Below, piece after piece: positions 9,901 to 19,982 of a stretch of DNA of 64,000 nt; the first letter of the stretch is position 1, and each line of letters starts with the position of its first letter. The stretch comes from Bythopirellula sp. (lineage in GTDB: Bacteria; Planctomycetota; Planctomycetia; Pirellulales; Lacipirellulaceae): assembly GCA_965216565.1 (NCBI GenBank), contig OZ244170.1, forward strand, positions 4,800,001 through 4,864,000. Reading direction: 5' to 3'. The notes under the pieces were generated by a model. That model worked only from the letters and a program-made list of their open reading frames with translations, did no database searches and was not told the DNA's origin. Made by a program: the position numbers and the translations under genes.

Positions 9901-11427
9901 ATGGATTACTTTTATCTCTTAGCAGTGTCTTGCATTGCAGCCGTAGTCAGTTACCCACTCACAAATTTTGTGGGGCTGATGGCGCGTAGCTGGGGGTTTG
10001 TGGATAAGCCTGACGGCCACCACAAAAGCCACAAACGAGAAGTCGCCCTGGGTGGCGGCTTGGCTGTGTTCTTAGCGGCAACCGTCACTTTCGGCGTGGA
10101 ATTTCTCTCGTCTTCCCCCCTGCAATCGGTACTTCAGCAAGAAGCCTCTTACCTGACGGGACTGCTGTTAGCGTGTGCCTGGATTGTGAGTGTCGGTCTG
10201 TACGACGACCGTTTCGGGATGCGTGGTATCTGGAAAATGGCAGGGCAGGCGATTGCTGCTCTTATCGTGATCAAATCAGGGTTGGTAATCGAAAAGTTCG
10301 CCGTCTTTGGATATATCATTCCGCTGGGCTATTTGGCGATTCCCTTCACAGCATTTTGGCTCATTGGTGCGATGAACTCGCTAAATCTGTTGGATGGAAT
10401 CGACGGCCTGGCGACGACCATAGGCATTATTCTGTGTGCCACAATCACTGCGATGGCAGTAGTATTCGACCAAGGTGCTGTGGCTGTAGTCGGAGCCGTA
10501 TTCACGGGTAGTCTGCTCGGGTTTCTTAGATTTAACTTCCCGCCGGCTAGGATCTTCTTAGGCGATGCCGGCAGCATGTTGATTGGCTTGGTGGTAGGTA
10601 CTTTGGCCATTGGTGGGTCATTCAAAGGTCCAGCGACGGTGGCTTTGGCCGCTCCGCTTGCTATTTGGGCGTTGCCAATTTTCGATTCCGTGGCAGCGAT
10701 CATGCGACGCAAACTCACCGGACGTAGTATCTACGCCACCGATCGCGGTCATCTCCATCATCGGCTGATGACGCTTTTTGGAAACAACACGCGGGTGCTG
10801 GGCGTTGTGGCAATTTGTTGTGCGGTGACCTGTGCTGGTGCTTTGATTAGCACGCTGATGGGCAGCGACGTGGCAGCCCTGATTGCGATTGTCGCCGTGC
10901 TGGGCATGTTGGTTGCCACACAAGCATTTGGCCACGTTGAATTCTTGATGTTCCTCACACGCGTGAAAACTTTTGTGATGTCCATGCTATTCCGCAGTAG
11001 TCCTCGACAATATCTCTTCCGTCTGCAAGGTTCCCGAGACTGGGATATCATGTGGCAATCGGTGATTGAATTCGCTGAGAAGCTAAACCTTGTCGAAGTG
11101 CGGTTGGATATTAACCTAGCCGCTAAGCAGGAAGGCTTTCACGCCAAATGGCATGGCACCAGCTCTTGTGAAAAACGCGAGCGCTGGGGTGCCGACATTC
11201 CGCTTTTTGCCGGTGAGCACTTGATCGGTAAACTGCAAGTCACTGGTAACAAGCCGAGCGGGATTACTTCGTGCGAGATGATGAACCAGTTTATGGACAT
11301 GATTGAACCACTGGAATCTGAGATCGTTGCTCTGGCTATGGAGAGTTCTTTAGAAGAACCCCAGCCCGTCTCAACCGACTCGCCTCCGGTTCCGCCCACC
11401 ACGACTCACGCTACCCCCGTAAGCTGA
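9901..11427 (+). CDS. wecA: WecA/MraY-family polyprenyl-phosphate HexNAc-1-phosphate transferase with C-terminal extension
   Basis: GLYDD, NSLNLLDGIDGL, FLGDAGS and DRGHLHH motifs; about 11 TM; GAGGAG RBS. Confidence 0.88.
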   Translation: MDYFYLLAVSCIAAVVSYPLTNFVGLMARSWGFVDKPDGHHKSHKREVALGGGLAVFLAATVTFGVEFLSSSPLQSVLQQEASYLTGLLLACAWIVSVGLYDDRFGMRGIWKMAGQAIAALIVIKSGLVIEKFAVFGYIIPLGYLAIPFTAFWLIGAMNSLNLLDGIDGLATTIGIILCATITAMAVVFDQGAVAVVGAVFTGSLLGFLRFNFPPARIFLGDAGSMLIGLVVGTLAIGGSFKGPATVALAAPLAIWALPIFDSVAAIMRRKLTGRSIYATDRGHLHHRLMTLFGNNTRVLGVVAICCAVTCAGALISTLMGSDVAALIAIVAVLGMLVATQAFGHVEFLMFLTRVKTFVMSMLFRSSPRQYLFRLQGSRDWDIMWQSVIEFAEKLNLVEVRLDINLAAKQEGFHAKWHGTSSCEKRERWGADIPLFAGEHLIGKLQVTGNKPSGITSCEMMNQFMDMIEPLESEIVALAMESSLEEPQPVSTDSPPVPPTTTHATPVS

Positions 11428-11574
11428 GTGAAGCTGAGAGGAACCTTTTGCTTTAGTTTGTTCTCTAAAGCTAAGTGCCTCTAGCTAAACCTTCCCGCAG
11501 AAGTATGCTTCTCCTGCCACGGCTGAGAAGCGACTGTCCCTTGTCCATGGCCATTTCGAGAGTATCTTTGCCCG

Positions 11575-13176
11575 ATGGCAAACAAATCGCCGCAAACGGA
11601 AGGTTCGGATTCCTCTGACCCAAGCGTGCGCTCCGACTCGGAGCATGCTGCGGATCAGGTGAAATCGCTCGGCAGAGCCACAGGGTCGGGCTTCTCTTGG
11701 CTGACATTGAGTTTGCTGATTGGTAAGGCCTGTATTTTTCTAGCCCAAGTTGTGCTGGGTTGGATTCTTACCGCCGAAGATTTCGGTGTGTTTGCCATTG
11801 CAGCTTCAGTGATTGGCTTCATTAAAGTCTTTCACGATGGCGGAGTCCCCCAGGTACTTGTTCAACGCGGAGAAGAAGAATTCAAGCGTTTGCAGGGAGC
11901 CGCCTTCTGGATTGCAATGACGATCAGCCTGATGGCTGGAATTGTTCTGGCATTTCTCGCACCTTGGATCGCAAGCATCTATGGAGATAGTCGTCTAACT
12001 TCGGTCCTTTGGGTGTTGGCTGTCTCATTGCCGCTGGGGGCCCCGGCCAACGTGCTACGTGCGCGTCTTCAGCTCGATTTGCGGTTTCGAATCATCTCGA
12101 TGATTTCCGCAGGCAGATTTATAATTCGCAGCGTGGCAATGGTGATTCTCGCCTTGCTTGGCTACGGGGTGATGAGTTTTGTCCTACCGCTGCTGATCGT
12201 GGCAGTTTTTGAAAACACTACTGCCTATTTGGCGACACGTTCCAAACCTTGGAAGAGTCCGGTGCTGTGGAAAGAATGGCCTGGATTGCTGGGCGATTCT
12301 TACTGGGTGGTGTTCGCAACCGTCTGCCGCGGTCTCGCCCGATACGGGGGATACCTTGTGTTGGGCCTGCTAATCGCGCAAGGACTGCTGGGCCAATACT
12401 TCTTTGGATTCCAATTAACGATTCAAATCACTTATCTGGTTGCGCTTAACCTAAGGCATGTCTTGTTCCCTGTGATGACGAAGCTGGCAGACCAGCCCGA
12501 GCGTCAGTCGCGGGCCATCCTGCGGACTATTAGCGTGCTGATGTTGGTCGCAGCTCCGACCAGCATGATTTTTGCCTCGATCGTTGAGCCACTCGAGCAA
12601 TTCGTCTGGCATGGCAAATGGGCCTCGGCGGTACCGTTGATGCAGATCTTTGCCATCCTTGCCCCGCTGATGATTATCTCGGACATCTTGCAGGCAGCAC
12701 TAAACTCTCGGGGTCAGTTTCGATTGGCCGGATATCTAACATTCTTGGAAGGTTGTTGGTTGATGTTGTCCTCTTGGATTGCTGTCTCGCTGGCTGGAGA
12801 CACCAACATCACAGGAGTTGCCGCTTGGTCAGCAGGGTTGCAGGTTATTTATATCTTGATTGTGAGTTGCTTCATGCTGAAAGGCTTTGGCATTGAACCC
12901 GCAGAATTTATAAGGGGATTTCTCAAGCCTTGGAGTGTTGCGGCCGCTAGTGTGGTAATCGCTTTAGTTACTGCCATCTACTTGCCAGCGTCGATGATGG
13001 AACTGCTTAAGATACCGCTGTTGGCAATAATTTATTTCATTAGCTTTTCGATACTGGCACAGGTGTTGTTACGCACGGACGTGCAGCACTTAGCCAATGT
13101 AGCTCCCCGCAAAATAGCCAGCGTCGTAAGAGTGTTGTTTCTCTTGCCGGCAAAAGAAGGGTCAACTGGTGGGTAA
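11575..13176 (+). CDS. wzx: Oligosaccharide flippase (Wzx/WzxC-like, MOP superfamily)
   Basis: Polytopic protein with about 12-14 TM; LTAEDFGVFA N-terminal motif; position in the glycan cluster. Confidence 0.85.
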   Translation: MANKSPQTEGSDSSDPSVRSDSEHAADQVKSLGRATGSGFSWLTLSLLIGKACIFLAQVVLGWILTAEDFGVFAIAASVIGFIKVFHDGGVPQVLVQRGEEEFKRLQGAAFWIAMTISLMAGIVLAFLAPWIASIYGDSRLTSVLWVLAVSLPLGAPANVLRARLQLDLRFRIISMISAGRFIIRSVAMVILALLGYGVMSFVLPLLIVAVFENTTAYLATRSKPWKSPVLWKEWPGLLGDSYWVVFATVCRGLARYGGYLVLGLLIAQGLLGQYFFGFQLTIQITYLVALNLRHVLFPVMTKLADQPERQSRAILRTISVLMLVAAPTSMIFASIVEPLEQFVWHGKWASAVPLMQIFAILAPLMIISDILQAALNSRGQFRLAGYLTFLEGCWLMLSSWIAVSLAGDTNITGVAAWSAGLQVIYILIVSCFMLKGFGIEPAEFIRGFLKPWSVAAASVVIALVTAIYLPASMMELLKIPLLAIIYFISFSILAQVLLRTDVQHLANVAPRKIASVVRVLFLLPAKEGSTGG

Positions 13177-13992
13177 GTCTTCCAGCCAACGGCGATCAGG
13201 CTCGTAGCCTGCCGCAATAAGTGCGTCGCCACAGTGTCGGTCGAATACCTCGCCCGCTTCGCGTGTGAAATGGTTTTTCCAATCGCCCGCGATCCCTTTG
13301 CGGAGAAATTTGGATTTGTCTTCACTGTTTGGTTTGCGACCGGATCGACGTGAGAAAGAGAAATCGTTTAGTATGAATTCGATCCGTTCGGAACTAGGTT
13401 CTTTGCCGTCGAGTTTGGGCATTTCGGATGATAGCGCCTGCAGGCCATCGCTGAGTAATTCTTCGTATTTGAGACAAGGCACTTTCGAGTGATCGCGGTC
13501 GAGATAGGAATTAACGTGTTCACCCCAACTACACCTGCAACCCAAGGTTCGATTGATTTGAGTCTCCAAAAACCGAGGGAAATTCTGGCGAACGGTTTGG
13601 GGGTCATCCGCGTCCAAATAGATGCTGCGCTGGTCGGCAGGCAACCAACGCTGCTCGCCACCTTTGAGAATGCGTTGGATATGATAGTACATCGAAACCA
13701 TCACATCGCGGCCATCGCGCATAACGTAAACTGAATGAGGGTACTTGTCATCGAGCAACTCATGGCCGTGGACGACCGCGGGAAATCCGACGGGTAAGAT
13801 CGAACTTTTCGGAAACGGCAATTGTAGATAGGCCGCTGTGAGCTGGCACGCCCAGGTGGTTCCGCTCTTCGGGTAGCCAACGACATACACCAGTGGAATC
13901 GCCTTGGGAAACCACATCCCAAGCCGCCATGTGACAAGATGAGAGACCGCCACGAGTCGACGGCTTAAGCCCTTGCGGTTCACCGAGAGCAT
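13162..13992 (-). CDS. Sulfotransferase (Sulfotransfer_1 type)
   Basis: PAPS 5'-PSB loop GYPKSGTTW, 3'-PB motif RDGRDVMVS, C-terminal RKGIAGDWKNHF. Confidence 0.92.
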   Translation of the reverse strand: MLSVNRKGLSRRLVAVSHLVTWRLGMWFPKAIPLVYVVGYPKSGTTWACQLTAAYLQLPFPKSSILPVGFPAVVHGHELLDDKYPHSVYVMRDGRDVMVSMYYHIQRILKGGEQRWLPADQRSIYLDADDPQTVRQNFPRFLETQINRTLGCRCSWGEHVNSYLDRDHSKVPCLKYEELLSDGLQALSSEMPKLDGKEPSSERIEFILNDFSFSRRSGRKPNSEDKSKFLRKGIAGDWKNHFTREAGEVFDRHCGDALIAAGYEPDRRWLEDLPTS

Positions 13993-14161
13993 GAATGTGC
14001 CTTATTTGAGTCGAGGGGCCTGGAAACCAAGATCGGGGCAAACGACAAAAGTGCTAGATTTGGTAGGATAGAATATTATTTCCTCCCCAGACGCCTGGAT
14101 CCAATAACTTCACCGAGCACCCGTACTCTCAGCAAGCACCATATAGCTGCGAGATCTAACC

Positions 14162-14845
14162 ATGAGCTTAACGAAAGACGAAAATAACGAAAGCTCCGGG
14201 CTTGCAGATTCTCCAGGATCAATGGTCGGTACCGAGATGTGTCGTGTTGATGAAATCGAGATTGCAGAACCCGTGACATTTCGGGGCATCCTGCCCGACT
14301 TGCTAATCCACTCTCCTCCCCGGCATGGTAGATCCTGGCCATACTACGTTCTCCGGCTGTTCACGACGGCCTTGATATCGTCTGGCTTTCACATGATGCT
14401 TGTCTACCGAATTGGTGCTTATCTGCATCGCTTGCGTCTGTTACCACTGAGCCTCCTTGCTGAGAAAATCATCTATCACTGGTATCATTGTGTGATTCCA
14501 TGTAGCGTACGCATGGGTCCCGGAGTTTGGGTCCCCCATCCCCTGGGGATCGTGCTGAATAGCAGGGCTCGGCTTGGAGCAGGCGTGTGGTTGCGTCAAT
14601 TCACAGAGATTGTCCATGTCTGGGAAGAAGACAAAGATCGATCTGGAATTGTCGGCGATCGAGCCCAACTTAATAGTGGTGCGATTATCTTGCGCGGCGG
14701 GCTAGTGGGCCACGATTCGATTGTCGCAGCCCGGGCTGTTGTGACGAAGCCGGTTCCACCCAAGAATCTCGCGAAGGGAATTCCGGCCAGTTCTAGTCCA
14801 CTGAGGATCGAACAATTACCAGAGAAAACCCCTCGCTGGATATAG
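14162..14845 (+). CDS. CysE/WcaB-like hexapeptide-repeat acetyltransferase
   Basis: PHPLGIVLN motif and left-handed beta-helix repeats ending ARAVVTKPVP...GIPA; start uncertain. Confidence 0.75.
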   Translation: MSLTKDENNESSGLADSPGSMVGTEMCRVDEIEIAEPVTFRGILPDLLIHSPPRHGRSWPYYVLRLFTTALISSGFHMMLVYRIGAYLHRLRLLPLSLLAEKIIYHWYHCVIPCSVRMGPGVWVPHPLGIVLNSRARLGAGVWLRQFTEIVHVWEEDKDRSGIVGDRAQLNSGAIILRGGLVGHDSIVAARAVVTKPVPPKNLAKGIPASSSPLRIEQLPEKTPRWI

Positions 14846-14873
14846 TTTTTTTCAATCAGGCTGCGTCGATTCT

Positions 14874-15761
14874 ATGAATTTCCCGAACCTTCTCATCATT
14901 GGTGCCATGAAAGCGGGCACCACGAGCTTATACATGGACCTCACCTCCCATCCCCGGGTCTATCGTGCGGAGGATAAAGAACCACACGCGCTCTGCAGTG
15001 ATGCAGTGCTCACAGAGAGTGGCCGCGCTGCCTATGGAAATTCCTATGCCAATCTCAGCAGTCAGACGATCGTACCGGACGCCTCGACAGGGTATTCGAA
15101 ACGACCTGATCAGGAGGGTGTTGTCGATCGAGCGGTGAAGACATTGCCCGATGGATTTCGAGTGATCTACGTTGTCCGGCATCCAATTGACAGGATCATT
15201 AGCCAGCATCATCACGAATACACGGCAGGTACCGCGAGTGCAGATTTCAACGCCGAAGTCCGCAACGAATCTAAGTACTTAAACTACAGCCGCTACGCCT
15301 ATCAACTGACACCGTGGCTAGATGCCCTAGGCAGGGATCGCGTCTTAGTGTTGAAGTTTGAGGACTACATTGAGTCTCGATCAGAAACTATGGAAAAAGT
15401 CCGTCAATTTCTAGATCTCGACGACCAAGTCATACCTGAAGATCAGACGCAGGTTTACAATAAAACGGCCGGTAAACCAGTTAGAAATCGATTCTGGGAT
15501 TTAGTTTTCCATAGTCGTGCTTATCGCCTTATGGTTCGACGAGTCCTTTCACCAAGAGTCCGATTAACTCTGATGCAATGGTTTTTACCGAAAGGATCCT
15601 TACAACCGGAAGCCCCTTCGCCTGAAACCATTTCGTGGCTACGCGAACAGCTGCAACCGGACCTTACAGAATTGCAGGAAATGCTGGAATTGGGGGTGCC
15701 ACTTTGGGAAGACCTCTGCACCGATGTCCAAAATCCAACCAGTTCCGTAGCTACAACCTAG
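14874..15761 (+). CDS. Sulfotransferase (heparan-sulfate sulfotransferase-like bacterial family)
   Basis: PNLLIIGAMKAGTTSL, KEPH and RHPIDRIISQ motifs. Confidence 0.9.
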   Translation: MNFPNLLIIGAMKAGTTSLYMDLTSHPRVYRAEDKEPHALCSDAVLTESGRAAYGNSYANLSSQTIVPDASTGYSKRPDQEGVVDRAVKTLPDGFRVIYVVRHPIDRIISQHHHEYTAGTASADFNAEVRNESKYLNYSRYAYQLTPWLDALGRDRVLVLKFEDYIESRSETMEKVRQFLDLDDQVIPEDQTQVYNKTAGKPVRNRFWDLVFHSRAYRLMVRRVLSPRVRLTLMQWFLPKGSLQPEAPSPETISWLREQLQPDLTELQEMLELGVPLWEDLCTDVQNPTSSVATT

Positions 15762-15847
15762 TATTAATTGTCTATCTACCCCGCGAACAATAGGTCTTCC
15801 AAACCTAGACGAGCGTGGTATGTACCGAATATAGAGATTGAAGATTC

Positions 15848-17179
15848 ATGCAAAGCATAGTTGTCATGCTGCTGGCCTTATTGGCCTTCCTACTCACTCT
15901 GATGATGTTGATGCAGGGGCTGAGTCGCAAGGTCGATCTATTCAGCGTGCGCAACTTGTATTTATTCAGCTTTCTTGTCTATCAAATCATCAGTCCAGCC
16001 TATGTGCTTTATGCTGATTACTACCCGATGTTCAAGATTAATACTCCTGAGCATGATGCGCAAACGTTCTTGGTTTATTGCTACGCTTATGTTTTTATCT
16101 TGTTGCTTAGTTACCATCGGGTAAAAATCTCTTCCTGGTTCGCCAGTAAATTATCTGGCCCACCTCGTACAATCGACGACTCCTTTTTTCTGGGGTTGGC
16201 GGTCATGCTGGTCTTCATCGCGGTTCCATTGCGGTTCTTAGGGCCCAGTGTTCCTCTGCTTTCGAAGGCGTCCGTCCAGATCTCTATTGCCATGGCTGCT
16301 GTAGCTAGCGCGATTGCTGGATGGGTTTGGGGTGGCAGAAGGTTTAACCCGATGGTGATCGCGATGATGGTATTCATCGTGGGATCCAGCTTAGGCATCG
16401 GCATGTATGGTGCTTTCGGCCGTAGACCCCTGCTCAGTATTCTTTTAGGCATGGCATGGGGCTTCTACCATCGAAGGGCTAGAGATATTAAGCCGATTCG
16501 ATTGATTTTGGGTCTGTTGCCAATCGTGCTATTTGTCGCTTTGGCTGTGAGTGCTTTCACGGCAATCCGCAACAATCGCGATACGGCTCAGTCTCAGGTC
16601 ACCGATACAGTCTCGCAGATGTCCCAGGCAAACGTCGGATCCGGAGCACAGAACATTATCACGGGACAAACTTGTGGCGCTGCCAGCTTCTGGTGCATCG
16701 AGAATTACCCCACACCGATTGAACCTCGCTATCTCTATAGCATGAAGGTCCTAGTCTGCTGGTACATTCCTTCGATCTATTGGGAAGATAAGCCGGTTCC
16801 GCTGGGCAACCATATCGCTAAATTGGCTAGAATTCCTCGTGTTAACCAGGACAAACTGACTCTACCGCCCGGTGTGATTGGGTATGCAGCTGCCGAGGGA
16901 GGATGGATTGCGATTATCGTCTATGCTCTCTTCTACGGACAGTTCTTGCGATTCTTCGATGAATTGGTGCGGCTCAATCCAAAGAACGCTTTCATCTTGC
17001 TGCCTGTTGGTTGTGCCACGGGCCAAGTATTGGGTCTGGCTCGTGGGTGCATTGCGATTTTTGCCAATCTAATGATTATGGGTTTCATTGCCACTTATGT
17101 GTTTCTCTTTGTGGCAAATAAATTCTTTGGTCGCGATTCACAGCCCAACTATTGGTACCCGTGGCCTCAGCCTCGCTAA
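15848..17179 (+). CDS. Putative Wzy-type polysaccharide polymerase
   Basis: About 10-11 TM with a large loop after an 'FTAIR' Arg; the only polymerase candidate in a WecA/Wzx cluster (call rests on context). Confidence 0.6.
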   Translation: MQSIVVMLLALLAFLLTLMMLMQGLSRKVDLFSVRNLYLFSFLVYQIISPAYVLYADYYPMFKINTPEHDAQTFLVYCYAYVFILLLSYHRVKISSWFASKLSGPPRTIDDSFFLGLAVMLVFIAVPLRFLGPSVPLLSKASVQISIAMAAVASAIAGWVWGGRRFNPMVIAMMVFIVGSSLGIGMYGAFGRRPLLSILLGMAWGFYHRRARDIKPIRLILGLLPIVLFVALAVSAFTAIRNNRDTAQSQVTDTVSQMSQANVGSGAQNIITGQTCGAASFWCIENYPTPIEPRYLYSMKVLVCWYIPSIYWEDKPVPLGNHIAKLARIPRVNQDKLTLPPGVIGYAAAEGGWIAIIVYALFYGQFLRFFDELVRLNPKNAFILLPVGCATGQVLGLARGCIAIFANLMIMGFIATYVFLFVANKFFGRDSQPNYWYPWPQPR

Positions 17180-17209
17180 GTAAACCATTTAGAAACTCGT
17201 CCACAACCT

Positions 17210-18388
17210 ATGGCTAACCGTCTTTCAGTGTTGCACTTTATAAGACGGGTCCGCGCGGAGGACGGCGGGGTTGTGCAAACCGTTCTGGATTTGTGCCAAA
17301 CCATCGCTGCCGCGGGACATAACGTAACCTTAGCCACCACCGACGCCACCGACGTACCGCAGCAGTGGCGTGACCATGGCGCCGAGACCCCCCAGGTACT
17401 TGAGCTTGGCCCCACGACATTCGCGAATCGACTTAGCCGACATTCACTCGGCTTGATTGAGTCGAAGTTGGGTGAAATCGAGGTGGCCCACCTGCATACG
17501 CCCTGGGAATTGGCCAACGTGCAACTCGCTGACGCGTTTCGCAAGGCTAGTATTCCTTACGTTGTTACTGCCCATGGGATGTTGGACGACTGGTGCATGA
17601 TCCAGAAGCCGCTCAAAAAGAAGATTTACCTGAGTCTGTTTGCCAAGCGGCTATTTGGGAAAGCATCCGTAGTCCACTTTACCGCAGAGGCAGAGCGTGA
17701 TCAGGCACTGAAGTACGTGCCTGCCGGAGGCGGCCCCGCGATTCAAGCCTGTGCGATGGATCTTTCACCTTACGAGAATCTTCCGGGCAGGCAGCCCGCC
17801 TTGGACGCCTTTCCGCAGATCAATTCGGAGCGGCAGTCTATTCTGTTTCTAAGCCGTATCCATCCCAAGAAGGGAATTGAGATCCTGCTCCGTGCCGGCG
17901 CCGAATTGAAAGCCAGAGGCATGCCAACCCAAATACTGATTGCTGGGCCTGGCGAAGAATCCTATATCAATGAGCTCAAGTCGCTGGGCCAAGAACTCGG
18001 ACTGGAAAGAGATGTGCACTTTCTTGGCATGGTGCGAGGAGAAACCAAACTCTCCTTGTATCAGTTGGCCGACGTGTTTGTGCTGCCGACTTACCAAGAG
18101 AATTTCGGCTTAGTCTTACCCGAGGCCATGGCAAGCGGCACGGCTGTGGTGACAACGCGCGGGACCGACATCTGGCGAGAACTAGAACAAGCGGGTGCCA
18201 AAATCGTGGGGAACGAACCGAGTGACATTGCTGGTGCGATCCAGGAGTTCCTAACAGATGAAGAGCATCGCAAGGCGTCGGCAGAGCGCGGCCAACAATC
18301 TGTTGCCGAATGGCTCGGAGCGGACAACGTAGCCACGGGTTATGAAAACCTCTATCACACTGCCCTTGAGCGAGGTCCAATATCCTAG
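17210..18388 (+). CDS. GT4 (GT-B) glycosyltransferase
   Basis: DGGV, HGML, FLSRIHPKKG and ENFGLVLPEAMA (EX7E) motifs. Confidence 0.92.
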   Translation: MANRLSVLHFIRRVRAEDGGVVQTVLDLCQTIAAAGHNVTLATTDATDVPQQWRDHGAETPQVLELGPTTFANRLSRHSLGLIESKLGEIEVAHLHTPWELANVQLADAFRKASIPYVVTAHGMLDDWCMIQKPLKKKIYLSLFAKRLFGKASVVHFTAEAERDQALKYVPAGGGPAIQACAMDLSPYENLPGRQPALDAFPQINSERQSILFLSRIHPKKGIEILLRAGAELKARGMPTQILIAGPGEESYINELKSLGQELGLERDVHFLGMVRGETKLSLYQLADVFVLPTYQENFGLVLPEAMASGTAVVTTRGTDIWRELEQAGAKIVGNEPSDIAGAIQEFLTDEEHRKASAERGQQSVAEWLGADNVATGYENLYHTALERGPIS

Positions 18389-18984
18389 TGAGCAATCAAC
18401 CAGCACAAGATGCCACTCCCCTCGAACAACATGTCGATGCCAAGGCGTTTCTCGACCTGAGCTCATTCAGTTCCAAGGGCTACTCCTCGGGACGTAGCAA
18501 AGTTGTTGAGTTACTCTGGTACTACTGCAGCCTGTTCGTCATGGAGAGTGGATTTTTTCCCTTCTACAAGATCAAGGTCTGGCTACTGCGACAGTTCGGT
18601 GCCCAGATTGGGACCGGGGTCGTCATCAAACCTAACGTTCGGATCAAGTATCCGTGGCGGTTGGTAGTAGGCGATCACTGTTGGATTGGGCAAGGGAGTT
18701 GGATTGATAACATCGAAGACGTGACCGTCGGCGACCATGTTTGCATTTCGCAACTTGTCTATTTCTGTACCGGCAGTCATGACCATCGGATTTCCTCCTT
18801 CGATCTCACAGCCAAGCCGATCGTAGTGCAGAATGGAGCGTGGGTGGGAGCTGGTGCCTTGGTGTTGGGTGGAATCACGGTCGAAGCGAACGCCATTGTG
18901 GCTGCCGGGAGTATCGTCACCAAAGACCCCCAGGCAGGATCGATTGTCGGTGGCAATCCGGCAAAGGTTATCGGTAAAAGGTAG
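18388..18984 (+). CDS. wcaF: WcaF-like extracellular polysaccharide acetyltransferase
   Basis: LLRQFGAQIG, IKYPWRL, CISQ and CTGSHD motifs; hexapeptide repeats. Confidence 0.88.
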   Translation: MSNQPAQDATPLEQHVDAKAFLDLSSFSSKGYSSGRSKVVELLWYYCSLFVMESGFFPFYKIKVWLLRQFGAQIGTGVVIKPNVRIKYPWRLVVGDHCWIGQGSWIDNIEDVTVGDHVCISQLVYFCTGSHDHRISSFDLTAKPIVVQNGAWVGAGALVLGGITVEANAIVAAGSIVTKDPQAGSIVGGNPAKVIGKR

Positions 18985-19011
18985 AGATGAGACTAGAATC
19001 AACTCGTTCGA

Positions 19012-19020
19012 TGTTATAAT
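19012..19020 (+). promoter_or_regulatory. Extended -10 promoter internal to the glycan cluster
   Basis: Perfect TGnTATAAT (TGTTATAAT) 48 bp upstream of ATG 19069 in an AT-rich spacer. Confidence 0.6.
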
Positions 19021-19068
19021 AATTGTTCTTATTGGCCATCATTCAACAGCAAGTTAGTAGTTCCTAAA

Positions 19069-19836
19069 ATGCCATTCGACAAGATCATCAAGAGACTGAA
19101 ATACCCCCACAAGAAGACGGCCCTGAACTATTTCATGGACGATCCTCGACTGGTGTTTGGAATTCCATCGACTCCCAACAAGACGCATGTTGGCAGTTTT
19201 ATCGAACGGGCCATGGGAAAGAATATTGTGGAATCACTCCACTACTTTCTCCCCCGCGAACTAACTGACTGCCTCGATCAACATGGTGTGTGGGATACAC
19301 AGGGCTATCGGTTGATGTTGTACCTGCTGGTACGAAAACACCGGCCCGAGATCGTTGTTGAGACGGGTGTCGCACGTGGAACATCGAGCTCCTATATTCT
19401 GCAAGCCATGCGCGAAAACGGCACGGGGCATCTGTATTCCATCGACTTGCCCGCCGAAACGGTTGCCGTCGACGACGAACCCGATCGCGAAAGTCATCGC
19501 TTTACACTGGCCGATGGCCAAACACACCAGCAATACGAAGTTGGCTACATTGTGCCCGATTTTCTACGCGACCGTTGGACGCTGACCTTAGAAGATTCAC
19601 GCACTGCATTGCCGGCACTCATGGAGAAGCTGGGCACGATCGACTTTTTCTATCACGATAGTTTGCATAGCTACGACCACATGAAGTTTGAATTCGAAAC
19701 CTCATGGCCACACATCAAAGACGGCGGGCTCTTGCTATCCGACGATGTGCTGTGGAACAACGCCTTTCATGAAGTCTGCAAAGCACAGAACAGAAAGCCC
19801 TCCATCTATCGCAGCTTTGGGATGATTCAAAAATAG
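19069..19836 (+). CDS. Class I SAM-dependent methyltransferase (Methyltransf_24-like)
   Basis: VVETGVARGTSS, LYSID, DFFYHDSLH and GGLLLSDD motifs. Confidence 0.88.
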   Translation: MPFDKIIKRLKYPHKKTALNYFMDDPRLVFGIPSTPNKTHVGSFIERAMGKNIVESLHYFLPRELTDCLDQHGVWDTQGYRLMLYLLVRKHRPEIVVETGVARGTSSSYILQAMRENGTGHLYSIDLPAETVAVDDEPDRESHRFTLADGQTHQQYEVGYIVPDFLRDRWTLTLEDSRTALPALMEKLGTIDFFYHDSLHSYDHMKFEFETSWPHIKDGGLLLSDDVLWNNAFHEVCKAQNRKPSIYRSFGMIQK

Positions 19837-19982
19837 GTCCGCGGGAAACAGCGAATGTAGCGGTTATCCGATGCCCGGGCTGTTACGATCGGAACAAAGC
19901 TTTTCAGTGTTTTTCCAGGCTATGCCTCTAGCCCCGGTGGTTGTGGCTGGTTGGCTTGGGGGATGGTATTCTGAAGTAGATA

